Program-made: the position numbers and the translations under genes
The notes under the pieces: generated by a model
The model's database searches: none
Seen by the model: the letters and a program-made list of their open reading frames with translations, nothing else
Told to the model about the DNA's origin: nothing
NCBI GenBank assembly: GCA_038890815.1
Contig: JAWAFC010000002.1
Coordinates: forward strand, 41,067 to 105,066
Direction of reading: 5' to 3'
Origin: Candidatus Micrarchaeia archaeon
GTDB lineage: Archaea; Micrarchaeota; Micrarchaeia; Burarchaeales; JACRGF01
DNA length: 64,000 bases
In this document: positions 1 to 9,077 of the stretch, piece after piece
Position numbering within the stretch: position 1 is the stretch's first letter
How the letters are laid out: every line of letters starts with the position of its first letter

Positions 1-460
1 ATCATTTCGGCAACGATGTCCACACCGTAATCGAGCAGAGCCATGCTGGCGCCCAGCGTGATGGTGTTTTTCATGAGCACATCAACGCCCAGCTCTCGCG
101 CAATGCGTATGAAGGGCACGTTGAACAGCTCAATGTCTGCCCGCCCCACCTTGCTGGCGGCCTCACCGTCCTTCTCGCCATCGTAAATTAACACGCCACC
201 GGGCTTGAGCTCGCGCGCGTTCTCCTCAATCGTCTGAGCATCGAGCGCCACGAGGATGTCGCAACGGTCGCTGTGCGCGTGCACTGGCCGTTCGCTCACC
301 CTGACGAGAAAGGTGTTGTGCCCTCCCCTGATACGGCTGGGGTAGCCGCTGTCGGTGAAAACATGTAAACCTCCGCGTGCGCACGCCTTGGCGAAGGTCA
401 GGCCGATGGAGGCTATGCCATAGCCTGCCTCCCCTCCGATCTTCCAAACTACGTCCGTCA
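1..460 (-). CDS. 2-oxoacid:ferredoxin oxidoreductase, gamma-type domain. Either a PorG/KorC-like subunit or the N-terminal domain of a fused alpha subunit; the 5'-partial gene continues beyond the window start.
   Basis: Reverse-strand translation from ATG (complement 458-460) gives MTDVVWKIGGEAGYGIASIGLTFAKACARGGLHVFTDSGYPSRIRGGHNTFLVRVSERPVHAHSDRCDILVALDAQTIEENARELKPGGVLIYDG... with no stop before position 1. The G-x-G-x-G nucleotide-binding-like motif and overall pattern match the gamma domain of pyruvate/2-ketoacid ferredoxin oxidoreductases. The listed ORF 226-447 is in a different frame and is rejected. Confidence 0.7.
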
Positions 461-532
461 TCTGTCTAAACCCCATTCGCTTAACTCAAACTATGTTTAA
501 ATGCATTCGTGTTCGGCAAAAGGCTAACAAAA

Positions 533-787
533 TTAGATTATCTTCTCGCCCGTATCTTTCTTAAATAGGTGGATGACATTCACGGGACAGGAATCGGCCG
601 CGCTCTTGTTGCACTCATAGTCCTTCTCCTCAATCTCACGCTCCTCCCAGCCATCCTCGCGCTGCCTGCCGTCTTTCAGCACGCTCTTGCCATCCTCGCC
701 CATGCTCCAGAACTCGGGGCACACGGTAGCACAGGCGGCACAACCAATGCAGTTTGGCCGGTCATGCTCAATCCTGTAACCTGGCAT
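533..787 (-). CDS. fdx: Single-cluster [4Fe-4S]/[3Fe-4S] ferredoxin (Pyrococcus Fd-like), the likely redox partner of the adjacent oxidoreductase.
   Basis: 84 aa containing CIGCAACATVCP and a distal C-x9-CP motif (DYECNKSAADSCPVNV), the signature of small archaeal ferredoxins. Co-directional with the oxidoreductase gene and immediately upstream of it. Confidence 0.7.
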   Translation of the reverse strand: MPGYRIEHDRPNCIGCAACATVCPEFWSMGEDGKSVLKDGRQREDGWEEREIEEKDYECNKSAADSCPVNVIHLFKKDTGEKII

Positions 788-811
788 GCCAATACAACGG
801 CTATAAGCCTA

Positions 812-1162
812 TTAAACTTTTCTTTTGAGTTCCTCCATCGCAGCCGCCAGCTCCTCTGATGAGAGCCCTCGCCCCGCCTTACCATCAAGCCGCACCAAAA
901 TTTTTCCTCTCTCGAAAAACAGCACAGTAGGGACAATGCTGATGGAATACTTTTCCCACAGTGGATTGTCCTCCTCATCAATGACGACCTCCAGCCAATC
1001 CCAGCCCTCAAGCTTGGCGGCGCGGAAAACTGGCAGGAAGGCACGGCAGAACGGGCACCATGTAGCATAGAAGAGAGCCGCCACGCGCTCGTGTTTGGCT
1101 AAGAAGTCAGCCAGCTCGGCCTCGCTCCGCACTTCCACCTTGAACACCTCACAGAGATTCAA
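812..1162 (-). CDS. Thioredoxin-family protein
   Basis: 116 aa with a WCPFC active-site motif (CxxC) in thioredoxin-fold context. Confidence 0.65.
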   Translation of the reverse strand: MNLCEVFKVEVRSEAELADFLAKHERVAALFYATWCPFCRAFLPVFRAAKLEGWDWLEVVIDEEDNPLWEKYSISIVPTVLFFERGKILVRLDGKAGRGLSSEELAAAMEELKRKV

Positions 1163-2012
1163 AAGTTTTTTTCATGAGCAGCGCATCGCCCTCAATATTT
1201 GGAGACTCGCTGATGACGATGCCCGCGCACCGGAATTCCTTGAGCACGGCCAACAGCTCCTTATAGCGGAAGTCGCTCTGGGGCAAGTTCACATGCTTGA
1301 GCTCACCCTTGGCGCCGTAGGTGATTCCCTCAACGTGGCAGTGGAGGTCGCGCAAGATGGCTTTGCCGAGAGATCTCTCGAGCGTGTAGAGCACCTCCCT
1401 GAACTCCTCGCGTGTGTTGTGCCTGCCCGTGCGCGCATGGATGTGGGCCCAGTCAACGCACGGCAGCACGCCCTCAACTTGCTCGCACAGGCTGCATATT
1501 TCCTCGAGCGTGCCGAACTGGGAGGGCTTGCCCGTTGTCTCCAGGCGTAGCTGCACTGGTATGTCCCTGTGCCGCAGTTCGGCTACCATCGCCTCCACCT
1601 GCTTTTTCACATTCTTATAGGCCACCTCGGGGGCATCACCCATATAATAAGCTGGATGAAAGGTAATGCTCCGACCGCCACACTCCCACAGCCGCTCAGC
1701 GCCCTCGAGTATTTTGGCGATGCCTGCCCTCAGCTTGCCCTTTTCCTTTGCATTTAGATTTACGAAATAGCTTCCGTGCGCAGTGAGGAAGATGGAGTGT
1801 TGCTCGGCAGTCGCTTTCACCTGCGGAGCGATTTCCCTGCTCACATTAACACTTCTCACGAACTCGAGCTCCAGCGCTCCCAGCCCGAGCTTTGCAACCT
1901 GCGCGATGCCGTGTAGCGTGTCGTGCGGCTGGGTGGAGAGCGGAATGCCCGCAGTGCCGAACAGCAGCGCGCCCGGTGGCGGAGGCAGCCTTTGCATGAA
2001 AGCCTTTTGCAC
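1149..2012 (-). CDS. nfo: AP endonuclease family 2 (endonuclease IV-like TIM-barrel) protein
   Basis: 287 aa. Blocks HGSYFVNLNA, TFHPA, LETTGKPSQFGT, CVDWAHIHA and LHCHVEG parallel the conserved metal-binding blocks of Endo IV (HDSYLINL, NFHPGS, IENTAGQG, CIDTCHAFA, MHLNDAK). Confidence 0.6.
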   Translation of the reverse strand: MQKAFMQRLPPPPGALLFGTAGIPLSTQPHDTLHGIAQVAKLGLGALELEFVRSVNVSREIAPQVKATAEQHSIFLTAHGSYFVNLNAKEKGKLRAGIAKILEGAERLWECGGRSITFHPAYYMGDAPEVAYKNVKKQVEAMVAELRHRDIPVQLRLETTGKPSQFGTLEEICSLCEQVEGVLPCVDWAHIHARTGRHNTREEFREVLYTLERSLGKAILRDLHCHVEGITYGAKGELKHVNLPQSDFRYKELLAVLKEFRCAGIVISESPNIEGDALLMKKTFESL

Positions 2013-2080
2013 ATAGGCTATAAGAGCATTCTTCTTGCGCGAACAGCCGAGGTTTTATTTCCTTATTGTAAATACAATGC

Positions 2081-3229
2081 ATGAAAGGGGTACCGCCGAA
2101 CGTTTTTTTCCTCGGGCTGGTGAGCCTGCTCAACGACATCGCCAGCGAGGCGATTTTCTCAGTGCTGCCGGCCTTCATGTCGGCCGTGCTGCGCATCGAT
2201 TATGCTGCCATCGGGGTGATCGAGGGGGCTGCCGAGAGCGCGGCGAGCCTTCTCAAGCTGGCCGCGGGGTGGGCGAGCGATAGATGGAGAAGGAGAAAGC
2301 CAATTGTGCTGTTTGGGTATGCGCTGTCGGCTTTTGTAAAGCCCCTCTTCGCGCTGACAACGGGTGTGGCCGATGTCGCGGCCATTCGCGTGCTTGACAG
2401 GATTGGAAAAGGAGTGCGCACCTCGCCCCGCGATGCGCTGGTGGCCGACAGCACCCTTAAGAAGTTTAGGGGGAAGGCCTTCGGCTTTCACAGGGCCATG
2501 GATACGCTGGGCGCGGTTGCAGGCCCTCTGCTGGCCTTTGCCTTTCTCTCCTACTTCGGGACGAGCGAGGCGAGCTACCGAAGCATGTTTCTGCTCACAA
2601 TAATACCGGGCCTGGCCAGCCTGTTGTTGTTGTGGTTTTTTGTGAGCGAGAGAAAAGCGAGAGGGGGAAGGGCGGTGCGGCTGCTCGATTTCTCTTTCCT
2701 GAGCGCTGAGGCCAGGGCCTTCATGCTCGCAGTTTTCGTCTTCTCGCTTGCCAACTATTCGTATGCATTTCTGTTGCTGAGGGCTGGCGAGCTTGGAGCG
2801 GGCACTGCCTTCCTGCCGCTCCTCTACCTCCTTTACAACATCGCGTATGCCTCGCTGGCAGTCCCCGCAGGCACGCTGGCAGACAGGATCGGTGGAAAAA
2901 TTGTGCTGGCCACGGGCTGGTTGGCCTTCATCGCCGTTGGGGTCGGATTTGCGCTGGCGGGCGCTTGGTGGCAGGCCTTGCCGCTTTTTGTGCTTTATGG
3001 GTGTTTCAGCGCTGTGCATGAGACAGTTGTCAGGAGCCAACTCTCGCTGATGGTAGCGCCCGCACGGAGGGGTAGCGCGATGGGGGCGCTGAATCTCCTG
3101 CTGGGGATTGGGGCGCTGCCTGCCAGCGCTGTGATGGGCTGGGTGTGGAGCGCATGGGGTGCGAGCGCGGCCTTTGCCCTGAGCGCGGGCATTGCAGCCG
3201 CCGCACTGCTACTGCTTGCCAAGCGATAG
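2081..3229 (+). CDS. MFS-type transporter
   Basis: 382 aa, ~12 predicted hydrophobic helices, and a D-R-x-G-R-R-like loop (ASDRWRRRKP) typical of the MFS loop 2-3 motif. Confidence 0.7.
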   Translation: MKGVPPNVFFLGLVSLLNDIASEAIFSVLPAFMSAVLRIDYAAIGVIEGAAESAASLLKLAAGWASDRWRRRKPIVLFGYALSAFVKPLFALTTGVADVAAIRVLDRIGKGVRTSPRDALVADSTLKKFRGKAFGFHRAMDTLGAVAGPLLAFAFLSYFGTSEASYRSMFLLTIIPGLASLLLLWFFVSERKARGGRAVRLLDFSFLSAEARAFMLAVFVFSLANYSYAFLLLRAGELGAGTAFLPLLYLLYNIAYASLAVPAGTLADRIGGKIVLATGWLAFIAVGVGFALAGAWWQALPLFVLYGCFSAVHETVVRSQLSLMVAPARRGSAMGALNLLLGIGALPASAVMGWVWSAWGASAAFALSAGIAAAALLLLAKR

Positions 3230-4429
3230 AAACAGCCGCATGAAATCGGTGCCGCTGATGGCTTGCTCAGCCTGTCCGCAGTGCTCATCGTAGGCGCACC
3301 GGTTGTCGTTGTTCTCGCCTTTGCGCCACATGGCAAAGGGCACGGGCGAGCTGGCATGTGTTCTGAGCGCGATGGGCGTTTCGTGATCGGGCGACACAGC
3401 CACCACATAGTCCCAGCCAGAGCGCTCAAGGCCCTTAAGTAGGGGCGCGATGATGCGCGCATCCAGGTTCTCAATCGCCCTCACTTTTTTCCCAGCATCG
3501 CCCTCATGGCCCGTCTCATCGGTCGCCTCGATGTGCACGATGACGAGGTCGTGGGAGCGCAGGGCGAGCAGGGCGGCATTCGCCTTGCCCTCATAATTCG
3601 TGTCCAGATAGCCAGTGGCGCCCGGCACGTTGATGACCGACATGCCGGTCAGCACGCCCATGCCCTTGATCAGATCGACCGCGCTGATGACGGCCGCCCG
3701 AAGCCCCCATTTGCGCTCAAAGGGCTCGAAGGCCGGCTTTCTGCCGATGCCCCAGAACCACACGCTATTGGCGTGCGGCTCGCCACGCGCGGCCTTTTCG
3801 CTGTTGAGCGGATGGGCTGACAGGATGCGCTGGGAAGCTGTGATGAGGTTGTTGAGCAGCTCTGCCGTGCGCCGCCCTGCCGGTGAGCGCGCACGCGGGA
3901 GATGTGGCGCAACCTCCTGGCCGGGGATGTCATGAGGGGGGGTGAGCTGCACCGCATCGCTGTAGTGCTGTCTGAGAACGAGCAGATTGCGGTAGCTCAC
4001 GCCCGCATGGAATTCTATCTCGCCTCGCTTGCCTAGCTGCCTGTCTAGCTCTGCGATGAGTTTCTTTCCATCCCTGCTTGGAATGTGGCCGGCGCTGTAG
4101 TCCGCCATGCGTCCCTCCTTCAGCCACACGAGGTTTGTGCGCACGGCGACATCGTGCGGCCCCATGGCAACTCCCATCGCCGCGGCCTCGATGGGCGCGC
4201 GGCCCGTATAGCAGGCCTTGACATCATAGCCGAGAAGACCAAGCGTTGCCACATCGCTGCCGGGCTCGAACCCCTCTGCCACCGTCCGCACAAGCCCACA
4301 TCTCCCTCTGGCGGCTATGCCGTCCATGTGGGGCTTGCGCGCTGCCTGCAATGGAGTGCGACCGCCCAGCTCAGAAAGAGGGCGGTCGGCCATGCCATCG
4401 CCTATAATTAAGACGAATTTTGTCCTCAT
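3209..4429 (-). CDS. apgM: 2,3-bisphosphoglycerate-independent phosphoglycerate mutase, archaeal type (ApgM)
   Basis: 406 aa starting MRTKFVLIIGDGMADRP, with alkaline-phosphatase-superfamily metal-binding blocks (HIEATDETGHEGD, VSPDHETP). Confidence 0.8.
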   Translation of the reverse strand: MRTKFVLIIGDGMADRPLSELGGRTPLQAARKPHMDGIAARGRCGLVRTVAEGFEPGSDVATLGLLGYDVKACYTGRAPIEAAAMGVAMGPHDVAVRTNLVWLKEGRMADYSAGHIPSRDGKKLIAELDRQLGKRGEIEFHAGVSYRNLLVLRQHYSDAVQLTPPHDIPGQEVAPHLPRARSPAGRRTAELLNNLITASQRILSAHPLNSEKAARGEPHANSVWFWGIGRKPAFEPFERKWGLRAAVISAVDLIKGMGVLTGMSVINVPGATGYLDTNYEGKANAALLALRSHDLVIVHIEATDETGHEGDAGKKVRAIENLDARIIAPLLKGLERSGWDYVVAVSPDHETPIALRTHASSPVPFAMWRKGENNDNRCAYDEHCGQAEQAISGTDFMRLFLSLGKQ

Positions 4430-4432
4430 GTG

Positions 4433-5332
4433 CTAAACAAAAGCGCTGAGAAAGTTGAAAACGTTTTCTCCCAGCGCATCCAGATAATAGCCGCCCTCTA
4501 AGACTGCGAACACCGAAGCGCCGCCGGCCTTTTGCCTGATGAGCTCGCCAACCTTTCGATATGTCCTGCTGTCGGATATCCTTGTCAGCTGGCCACAGCA
4601 GTTGTCCTTGCCAAAAGAATCAAAGCCCGCGCTCACGCCTATCACATCTGGCTCGAATGTGATGTCGGCCAGGTTCGCCCTGAACTTCTCGATGTATTCG
4701 GCATCGCGCACGCCTATGGGCAGCTCCACGTTGCGTATGTGCTCATTGCTCTCGCTCTCAAAGCCCGTGCCCGGATAGATGGAGTCGGCGCGCTGGTGGA
4801 TGGAAAAGTAGAAAACGCGCGGCTCGTTGTAGAAAATCTCCTGCGTGCCGTTGCCATGATGTATGTCGAAGTCTACGATGAGGACGCGCCGCGCGCTGCC
4901 ATCCCTGAGCAGATTTGCAACTGCAACCGCCATGTTGTTCAGATAGCAGAATCCGCCGAATTCAACTTTTTTCGCGTGATGGCCCGGCGGGCGCACGAGC
5001 GCGAAGGCAAACTTCTCCTGCAGGCAGGCGCGTGCCGCGCCTAGCGCAGCGCCCGCAGCGAGCCGCGCGATGGCATAGGTATTTTTGTCAATGGGAGTGT
5101 CGGGAAAATATGTGTGGATGAGCGAGGGGTGTGCGAGCTGGTTGAGATAGCGCGAGTCGTGCACGAGCGAGAGCTCTCTCTCGGTGGCGGGCTTGGGCTC
5201 GACAAGCTCAAACGACAGGCCACTGCCGCGCAGGTATTCCAGTATCACCTGTAGGCGCATGGCGCACTCGGGATGACCCCATCCCGTGTCGTGCTGCAGG
5301 AAGCGCGGAGAGTAGAATATTTTCATCGGCAC
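4433..5332 (-). CDS. Histone deacetylase / acetoin-utilization (AcuC) family deacetylase
   Basis: 299 aa with the HDAC-family zinc-binding region (DFDIHHGNGTQ, GGYYLDAL) and PPGHHA. Confidence 0.75.
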   Translation of the reverse strand: MPMKIFYSPRFLQHDTGWGHPECAMRLQVILEYLRGSGLSFELVEPKPATERELSLVHDSRYLNQLAHPSLIHTYFPDTPIDKNTYAIARLAAGAALGAARACLQEKFAFALVRPPGHHAKKVEFGGFCYLNNMAVAVANLLRDGSARRVLIVDFDIHHGNGTQEIFYNEPRVFYFSIHQRADSIYPGTGFESESNEHIRNVELPIGVRDAEYIEKFRANLADITFEPDVIGVSAGFDSFGKDNCCGQLTRISDSRTYRKVGELIRQKAGGASVFAVLEGGYYLDALGENVFNFLSAFV

Positions 5333-5368
5333 ACAAGGTTTAAGTTGTGCGCAAATTTAAACCCTATC
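5333..5368. promoter_or_regulatory. Bidirectional promoter region with TATA-like boxes serving divergent leaderless genes (HDAC-family on minus, secreted glycoprotein on plus).
   Basis: The sequence ggtttaagttgtgcgcaaatttaaaccc lies between the divergent ATGs at 5332 (minus) and 5369 (plus). A/T boxes sit ~25 nt from each start. Confidence 0.4.
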
Positions 5369-6331
5369 ATGCGCGCGCTGCTGCTGCTGGCGATTGTGGG
5401 CATGGCCGCAGCGGCCTGCAGGCCAGGGGAGATTGTTGGCGTGAAGTGCGAGCTGAACGGCACGCTCCACTACAAGGAGTGTGCGGCCGGCGTGTTCGTG
5501 GCGCGTGAGCGCTCCTGCTTTGCTGAGGGGAAAGCGTGCGATGTTGAGACCGTCGGCTGCGTGCCGGCAGCCAACTGCTCTGCCGACATAATCGAAAAAT
5601 GCCCTGATGGGCGCGAGGTCGTGGTGGCTAAGTGCAATATGAGGATGCTGATCACCCACCAGAGGGTGGTGGTGGGCGTGGCACAGCCCACGGGCGAGAG
5701 CTGCGCAGGCTGCGCGCCTGGCTATGCCTGCGAGAGGGTGGAGAACTACACCGCGCTCGCTGAGAACTTCTCTGTCTCGGTATCGCTCAGGCAACTCGAC
5801 GCCAGCGGGAACCCCAGCAGGTACCACCTCTACACGCTGAGGTCCGGCGAGAATGCCAGCCTAAAAGATTTGAGCGTACGGCTGCTGGCGGCCAATGCGA
5901 GCGTGAGCTGCACTGGGGAAGGGGATGCTGTGATCGGAGGAGAAACGGCTTTGCTTGAGGTCAGCTGGGGACCGGTCAAGAGCAACTTGACGCTCGCCGA
6001 GGGGGAGAAGAGCGGCCGCTATTGCGCAAGCTATTACGCCGTGCCACCTTGTGCTGACATAGACCTCGACATCATGATTCCCCTCGGAGGGATTAGGGAG
6101 GATGCCGCATGTCTGCCGCGCGCGCCGCCCCAACAGCCTCCGGCGCCACAAAATGCCACTCAGCCTCTCAACCTCACCCAACCCCCTGCTCCGAACATAA
6201 CACAGCCAATGCTCCCGCCATCCAATGCCACACCGCAGGCCACGCCTGCGCCACAGCCCCCAAAGTGCCTTGGGATGCTGCTTGTGCTCTCGCTCGGAAT
6301 GATGGCGCTTCGGGCCGTAGGGGTGCGCTAG
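5369..6331 (+). CDS. Secreted Cys-rich putative surface glycoprotein with a Pro/Thr-rich stalk and C-terminal hydrophobic anchor
   Basis: From ATG 5369 the product begins MRALLLLAIVGMAAAAC (signal peptide). It has many Cys and more than 10 N-x-S/T sequons. The C-terminus is NATQPLNLTQPPAPNITQPMLPPSNATPQATPAPQPPKCLGMLLVLSLGMMALRAVGVR. The track ORF start at 5273 overlaps the divergent HDAC gene and is rejected. Confidence 0.55.
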   Translation: MRALLLLAIVGMAAAACRPGEIVGVKCELNGTLHYKECAAGVFVARERSCFAEGKACDVETVGCVPAANCSADIIEKCPDGREVVVAKCNMRMLITHQRVVVGVAQPTGESCAGCAPGYACERVENYTALAENFSVSVSLRQLDASGNPSRYHLYTLRSGENASLKDLSVRLLAANASVSCTGEGDAVIGGETALLEVSWGPVKSNLTLAEGEKSGRYCASYYAVPPCADIDLDIMIPLGGIREDAACLPRAPPQQPPAPQNATQPLNLTQPPAPNITQPMLPPSNATPQATPAPQPPKCLGMLLVLSLGMMALRAVGVR

Positions 6332-6435
6332 CGTCTCTGACTCTGTCAGCCTCGTCATCGCCTTACGGCTGCGCGGTTGTTCATGTCTTCATCGACGCAA
6401 TGTATTATAACTCTGGGCAGATATAAAAGCTTCGT

Positions 6436-7071
6436 ATGTGGGGGGAGCTCGAGCTGCTCATCCTGCTCGCCACAGCGGGCGCTGCGGAGGGATGGGCGCG
6501 CACGACGACGAGGGAGATTGCCGGAAAGGCTGGGGCGAGCCAGCAGAGCGCCTCGCGGTGGCTCGCCAGGTTGGAGAGAGCCGGACTGATTGAGAGGCGC
6601 AGGGGGGCGGTGAGGCTCACAGAAAAGGGCAGGGAAAGGCTGCGGGTCGCGCTGGCAAGCCTCAGCACGATTTTTGCAGGAAAGCGCGTGGTGTTGAGGG
6701 GGGTGGTGTTCACGGGGCTGCGCGATGGCAGGTACTACATGTCGCTCGAAGGATACAGAAAGCAGTTCGCCGAGAAACTCGGGTTCGAGCCCTATCCCGG
6801 AACGCTGAATCTCAGAATAGATGAACCTGAGAAGAAAACCCTGCTCGCGCAGCGAAGGGGCATAGAGATCGGCGGTTTCGAGCACAATGGCAGGGTGTTC
6901 GGCGCGCTCAAGGCATTTCGCGCGAGCGTGAATGGCGTTAAGGGTGCGGTGATAATTCCGGAGCGCTCGCACTATGGAAACGATGTGGTGGAAGTGATTT
7001 CCGAGCACTACCTGAGGAAAAAGCTCGGGCTGAGAGATGGTGACAGGGCGGAAGTGGTCGTCAGGGACTAG
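6436..7071 (+). CDS. ribK: CTP-dependent riboflavin kinase with N-terminal winged-HTH domain
   Basis: 211 aa. The N-terminus carries an HTH (TTREIAGKAGASQQSASRWLARLERAGLIERRR). The C-terminal domain has the PYPGTLNLRI motif characteristic of archaeal MJ0056-type riboflavin kinases. Confidence 0.75.
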   Translation: MWGELELLILLATAGAAEGWARTTTREIAGKAGASQQSASRWLARLERAGLIERRRGAVRLTEKGRERLRVALASLSTIFAGKRVVLRGVVFTGLRDGRYYMSLEGYRKQFAEKLGFEPYPGTLNLRIDEPEKKTLLAQRRGIEIGGFEHNGRVFGALKAFRASVNGVKGAVIIPERSHYGNDVVEVISEHYLRKKLGLRDGDRAEVVVRD

Positions 7072-8288
7072 AGGAGGCTCTCGTAGAGCTCGATGGTCTC
7101 GTGAGCTATTTTTTCCCATGTGAATAGCTTTTCCACGCGCCGCCTGCCCGCCTCGCCCATGGCCTTGGCTGCTCCCTCATCTTCAAGCACACGCGTGAGG
7201 GCCGCGGCTATGCTCTCTGGCTTGTCAGGTTCGCACCAGAAGCCGTTCTTTCCATCCAGCACGCTCTCGCGCAGCCCGCCCAGCCCCACCACGACGGGCT
7301 TGCTCATCGCCATGCCCTCGAGCGACACAATGCCAAAAGGCTCATAGCGCGATGGCGCGCACACCACATCGCAGCAGGCATAGAGCAACAGACGCTCCCT
7401 CTCCTCCACCCATTTGTCTATCAGCACCACCTTATCCTTCAGCCCGTGGCGCACGATGAGCGAGCGTATCTCATCGGCCATCTCGCCACGCCCCAGGATG
7501 ACCAGCCTGGCCTTCGGCACTCTGGCGAGCACGAGCGGCATGGCGCGCACGAGGGAATCAACGCCCTTAACAAAGGTGAGCCTGCCAGTGAACAGGATGA
7601 CCTTGTCATCCTCGGCAAAGCCCAGCCGCTGTCTGCAGGCCGCCCTCTCCTCCGGCGGGAAGTTGGCGATGTTGTACTTCTTTTCATCAACGCCATTCCA
7701 CATCACACGGATGCGCGCGCCCGGGAAGTTCAGCACGTGTAGCTCCTCGCGCATGGCATAGCTGACAGTTATGATCATGTCAGCGTGCTGTGCGGTGGTG
7801 TACTCGAGATTGCGTATGGTGGAGGAGCCCCGCCCCCCGCTCCTGCCGTGCTCTGTGGAGTGCACATGGAAAACCATCGGCTTGCCCGTGTTCTTCTGTG
7901 CGATGACCCCGGCGATGGCCGACAGCCAGTCATGGCACACCACAAGGTCGTAGTTCTCTCTCTTCGCGATTTTGTTGACGAAGAGGTTGGCACTCAGGAA
8001 ATTGTAGGTCAGCACGTCACCAAAGAAGCGCAGGCCCTCGCCCCATCTGCGCAATTCCTCATCGACAAAAACGGGCAACACCGCGGTGGCGTCGGCGACG
8101 ATCGGGCGATGCACATCTATCCTCTCGCCGATTTCCTCGAAAGTCGGCAGATTGGCCCCCTCATTCATGGTGAATACCGTGACCTCATGGCCCATGGCTG
8201 CCAGCTGGGCTGTCATCTCCGCGGCATACGTGCCGAGGCCGCCGATGAAGCGCGGCGGATATTCCCACACGAAGTAGGCGAGCCGCAT
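7068..8288 (-). CDS. GT4/GT5-type glycosyltransferase (glycogen/starch-synthase-like)
   Basis: The start is chosen at MRLAYFVWEYPPRFIGGLGTYAAEMTAQLAAMGHEV (complement 8286-8288), which has a TTTAAA box ~25 nt upstream (8311-8320 region). The C-terminal GT-B motif is RYEPFGIVSLEGMAMSKPVV. The 98-codon upstream extension of the track ORF is Arg/Ala-rich with no homology and is rejected. Confidence 0.65.
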   Translation of the reverse strand: MRLAYFVWEYPPRFIGGLGTYAAEMTAQLAAMGHEVTVFTMNEGANLPTFEEIGERIDVHRPIVADATAVLPVFVDEELRRWGEGLRFFGDVLTYNFLSANLFVNKIAKRENYDLVVCHDWLSAIAGVIAQKNTGKPMVFHVHSTEHGRSGGRGSSTIRNLEYTTAQHADMIITVSYAMREELHVLNFPGARIRVMWNGVDEKKYNIANFPPEERAACRQRLGFAEDDKVILFTGRLTFVKGVDSLVRAMPLVLARVPKARLVILGRGEMADEIRSLIVRHGLKDKVVLIDKWVEERERLLLYACCDVVCAPSRYEPFGIVSLEGMAMSKPVVVGLGGLRESVLDGKNGFWCEPDKPESIAAALTRVLEDEGAAKAMGEAGRRRVEKLFTWEKIAHETIELYESLL

Positions 8289-8335
8289 GAGGCATTTTGG
8301 GGATGGGGATTTAAAAAGCACGCGCCAAAGTGCTG

Positions 8336-8501
8336 CATGCCAGAGCTCGTGGGCCTGTGCGCCATCTGCGGGCGGCCCGCCGTGCAGAGCTGCGGCCTGT
8401 GCGGCCGGCCGGCTTGCGAGCGCCACATCAGGGGAGGAGTATGCGATGCCTGCGCGGGTGGCAGGAGGATGCCCGAAAGAGGTCCGGGCCGTTTTCTCTA
8501 G
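8336..8501 (+). CDS. Small zinc-ribbon protein (54 aa), hypothetical
   Basis: MPELVGLCAICGRPAVQSCGLCGRPACERHIRGGVCDACAGG has a CxxC-x7-CxxC-x3-C-x2-H-x5-CxxC pattern. It lies divergent to the glycosyltransferase start. Weak support; it may be fortuitous in GC-rich DNA. Confidence 0.3.
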
Positions 8502-9031
8502 AGCCAAAGCTCGCTGCCGAGCCAGGCGAGCACGATCGAGCGGATCGTCTTGCCAAGCACGACGGCCACCAGGAACTTCCACCAGGGATAGCGCGTGGCG
8601 CCGGCAACGATGCCTGCCAGATCGAATGCTGGGTTTGGGATGAGCGCGAGGAGGAAGAGCGCGAGCGCGCCGTTGTTTTGCCTGAACATCCAGTCGCGCA
8701 ACGCGCGGTAGCGCACGCCCTCCTTTTTCCTAAAAATCCCCTCCGCGCCGTAGCCGGCGAGATAGCCGCTGAGCTCGCCGAGCCCGCTTCCGAGGCCAGC
8801 CGCAATCCCCAGCAGGAATGGATTGGTGTAGTGGCCGAGTATGACAACGACCGCGAGGCCCGGAACGGGCAGGATTACAGTGGCGCTCGTTACCAGCATC
8901 AACACAAAAACGCCGAAATATCCCCATGCCACAAGCTGTTGCTGGGAAAGCTGTGGGCCCAGCCACAGCGCGAGCGCGGTGATGGCCAACGAGATGGAGA
9001 GAGAAGCGATGGCTTTTCTGTCGATGCGCAT
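8498..9031 (-). CDS. DedA/VTT (SNARE-associated Golgi protein) family membrane protein
   Basis: Start at MRIDRKAIASL. Multi-pass hydrophobic profile. The PWWKFLVAVVLGKTIRSIVLAWLG region resembles the DedA C-terminal block. Confidence 0.5.
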   Translation of the reverse strand: MRIDRKAIASLSISLAITALALWLGPQLSQQQLVAWGYFGVFVLMLVTSATVILPVPGLAVVVILGHYTNPFLLGIAAGLGSGLGELSGYLAGYGAEGIFRKKEGVRYRALRDWMFRQNNGALALFLLALIPNPAFDLAGIVAGATRYPWWKFLVAVVLGKTIRSIVLAWLGSELWL

Positions 9032-9077
9032 ACACCTCTTTCGCAACCATAATAAATATTCGGCGCCTTAAAGGCGC

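Noticed and set aside
226-447. 73-aa minus-strand ORF
   Set aside because: It is in the wrong frame. The region is covered by a longer open frame (complement 1-460) with clear oxidoreductase gamma-domain similarity.
2159-3040. 293-aa minus-strand ORF
   Set aside because: It is antisense to the MFS transporter gene. The Arg/Gln/Pro-rich low-complexity product has no motifs.
8289-8582. N-terminal 98-codon extension of the glycosyltransferase ORF (and the 238/240-aa plus-strand ORFs 7785-8501 and 8330-9052)
   Set aside because: The extension is Arg/Ala-rich with no family similarity. The conserved GT N-terminus starts at Met 8288 with a TATA-like box at the right distance. The plus-strand ORFs are antisense to the supported minus-strand genes, except for the short zinc-ribbon segment 8336-8501, which is reported separately at low confidence.
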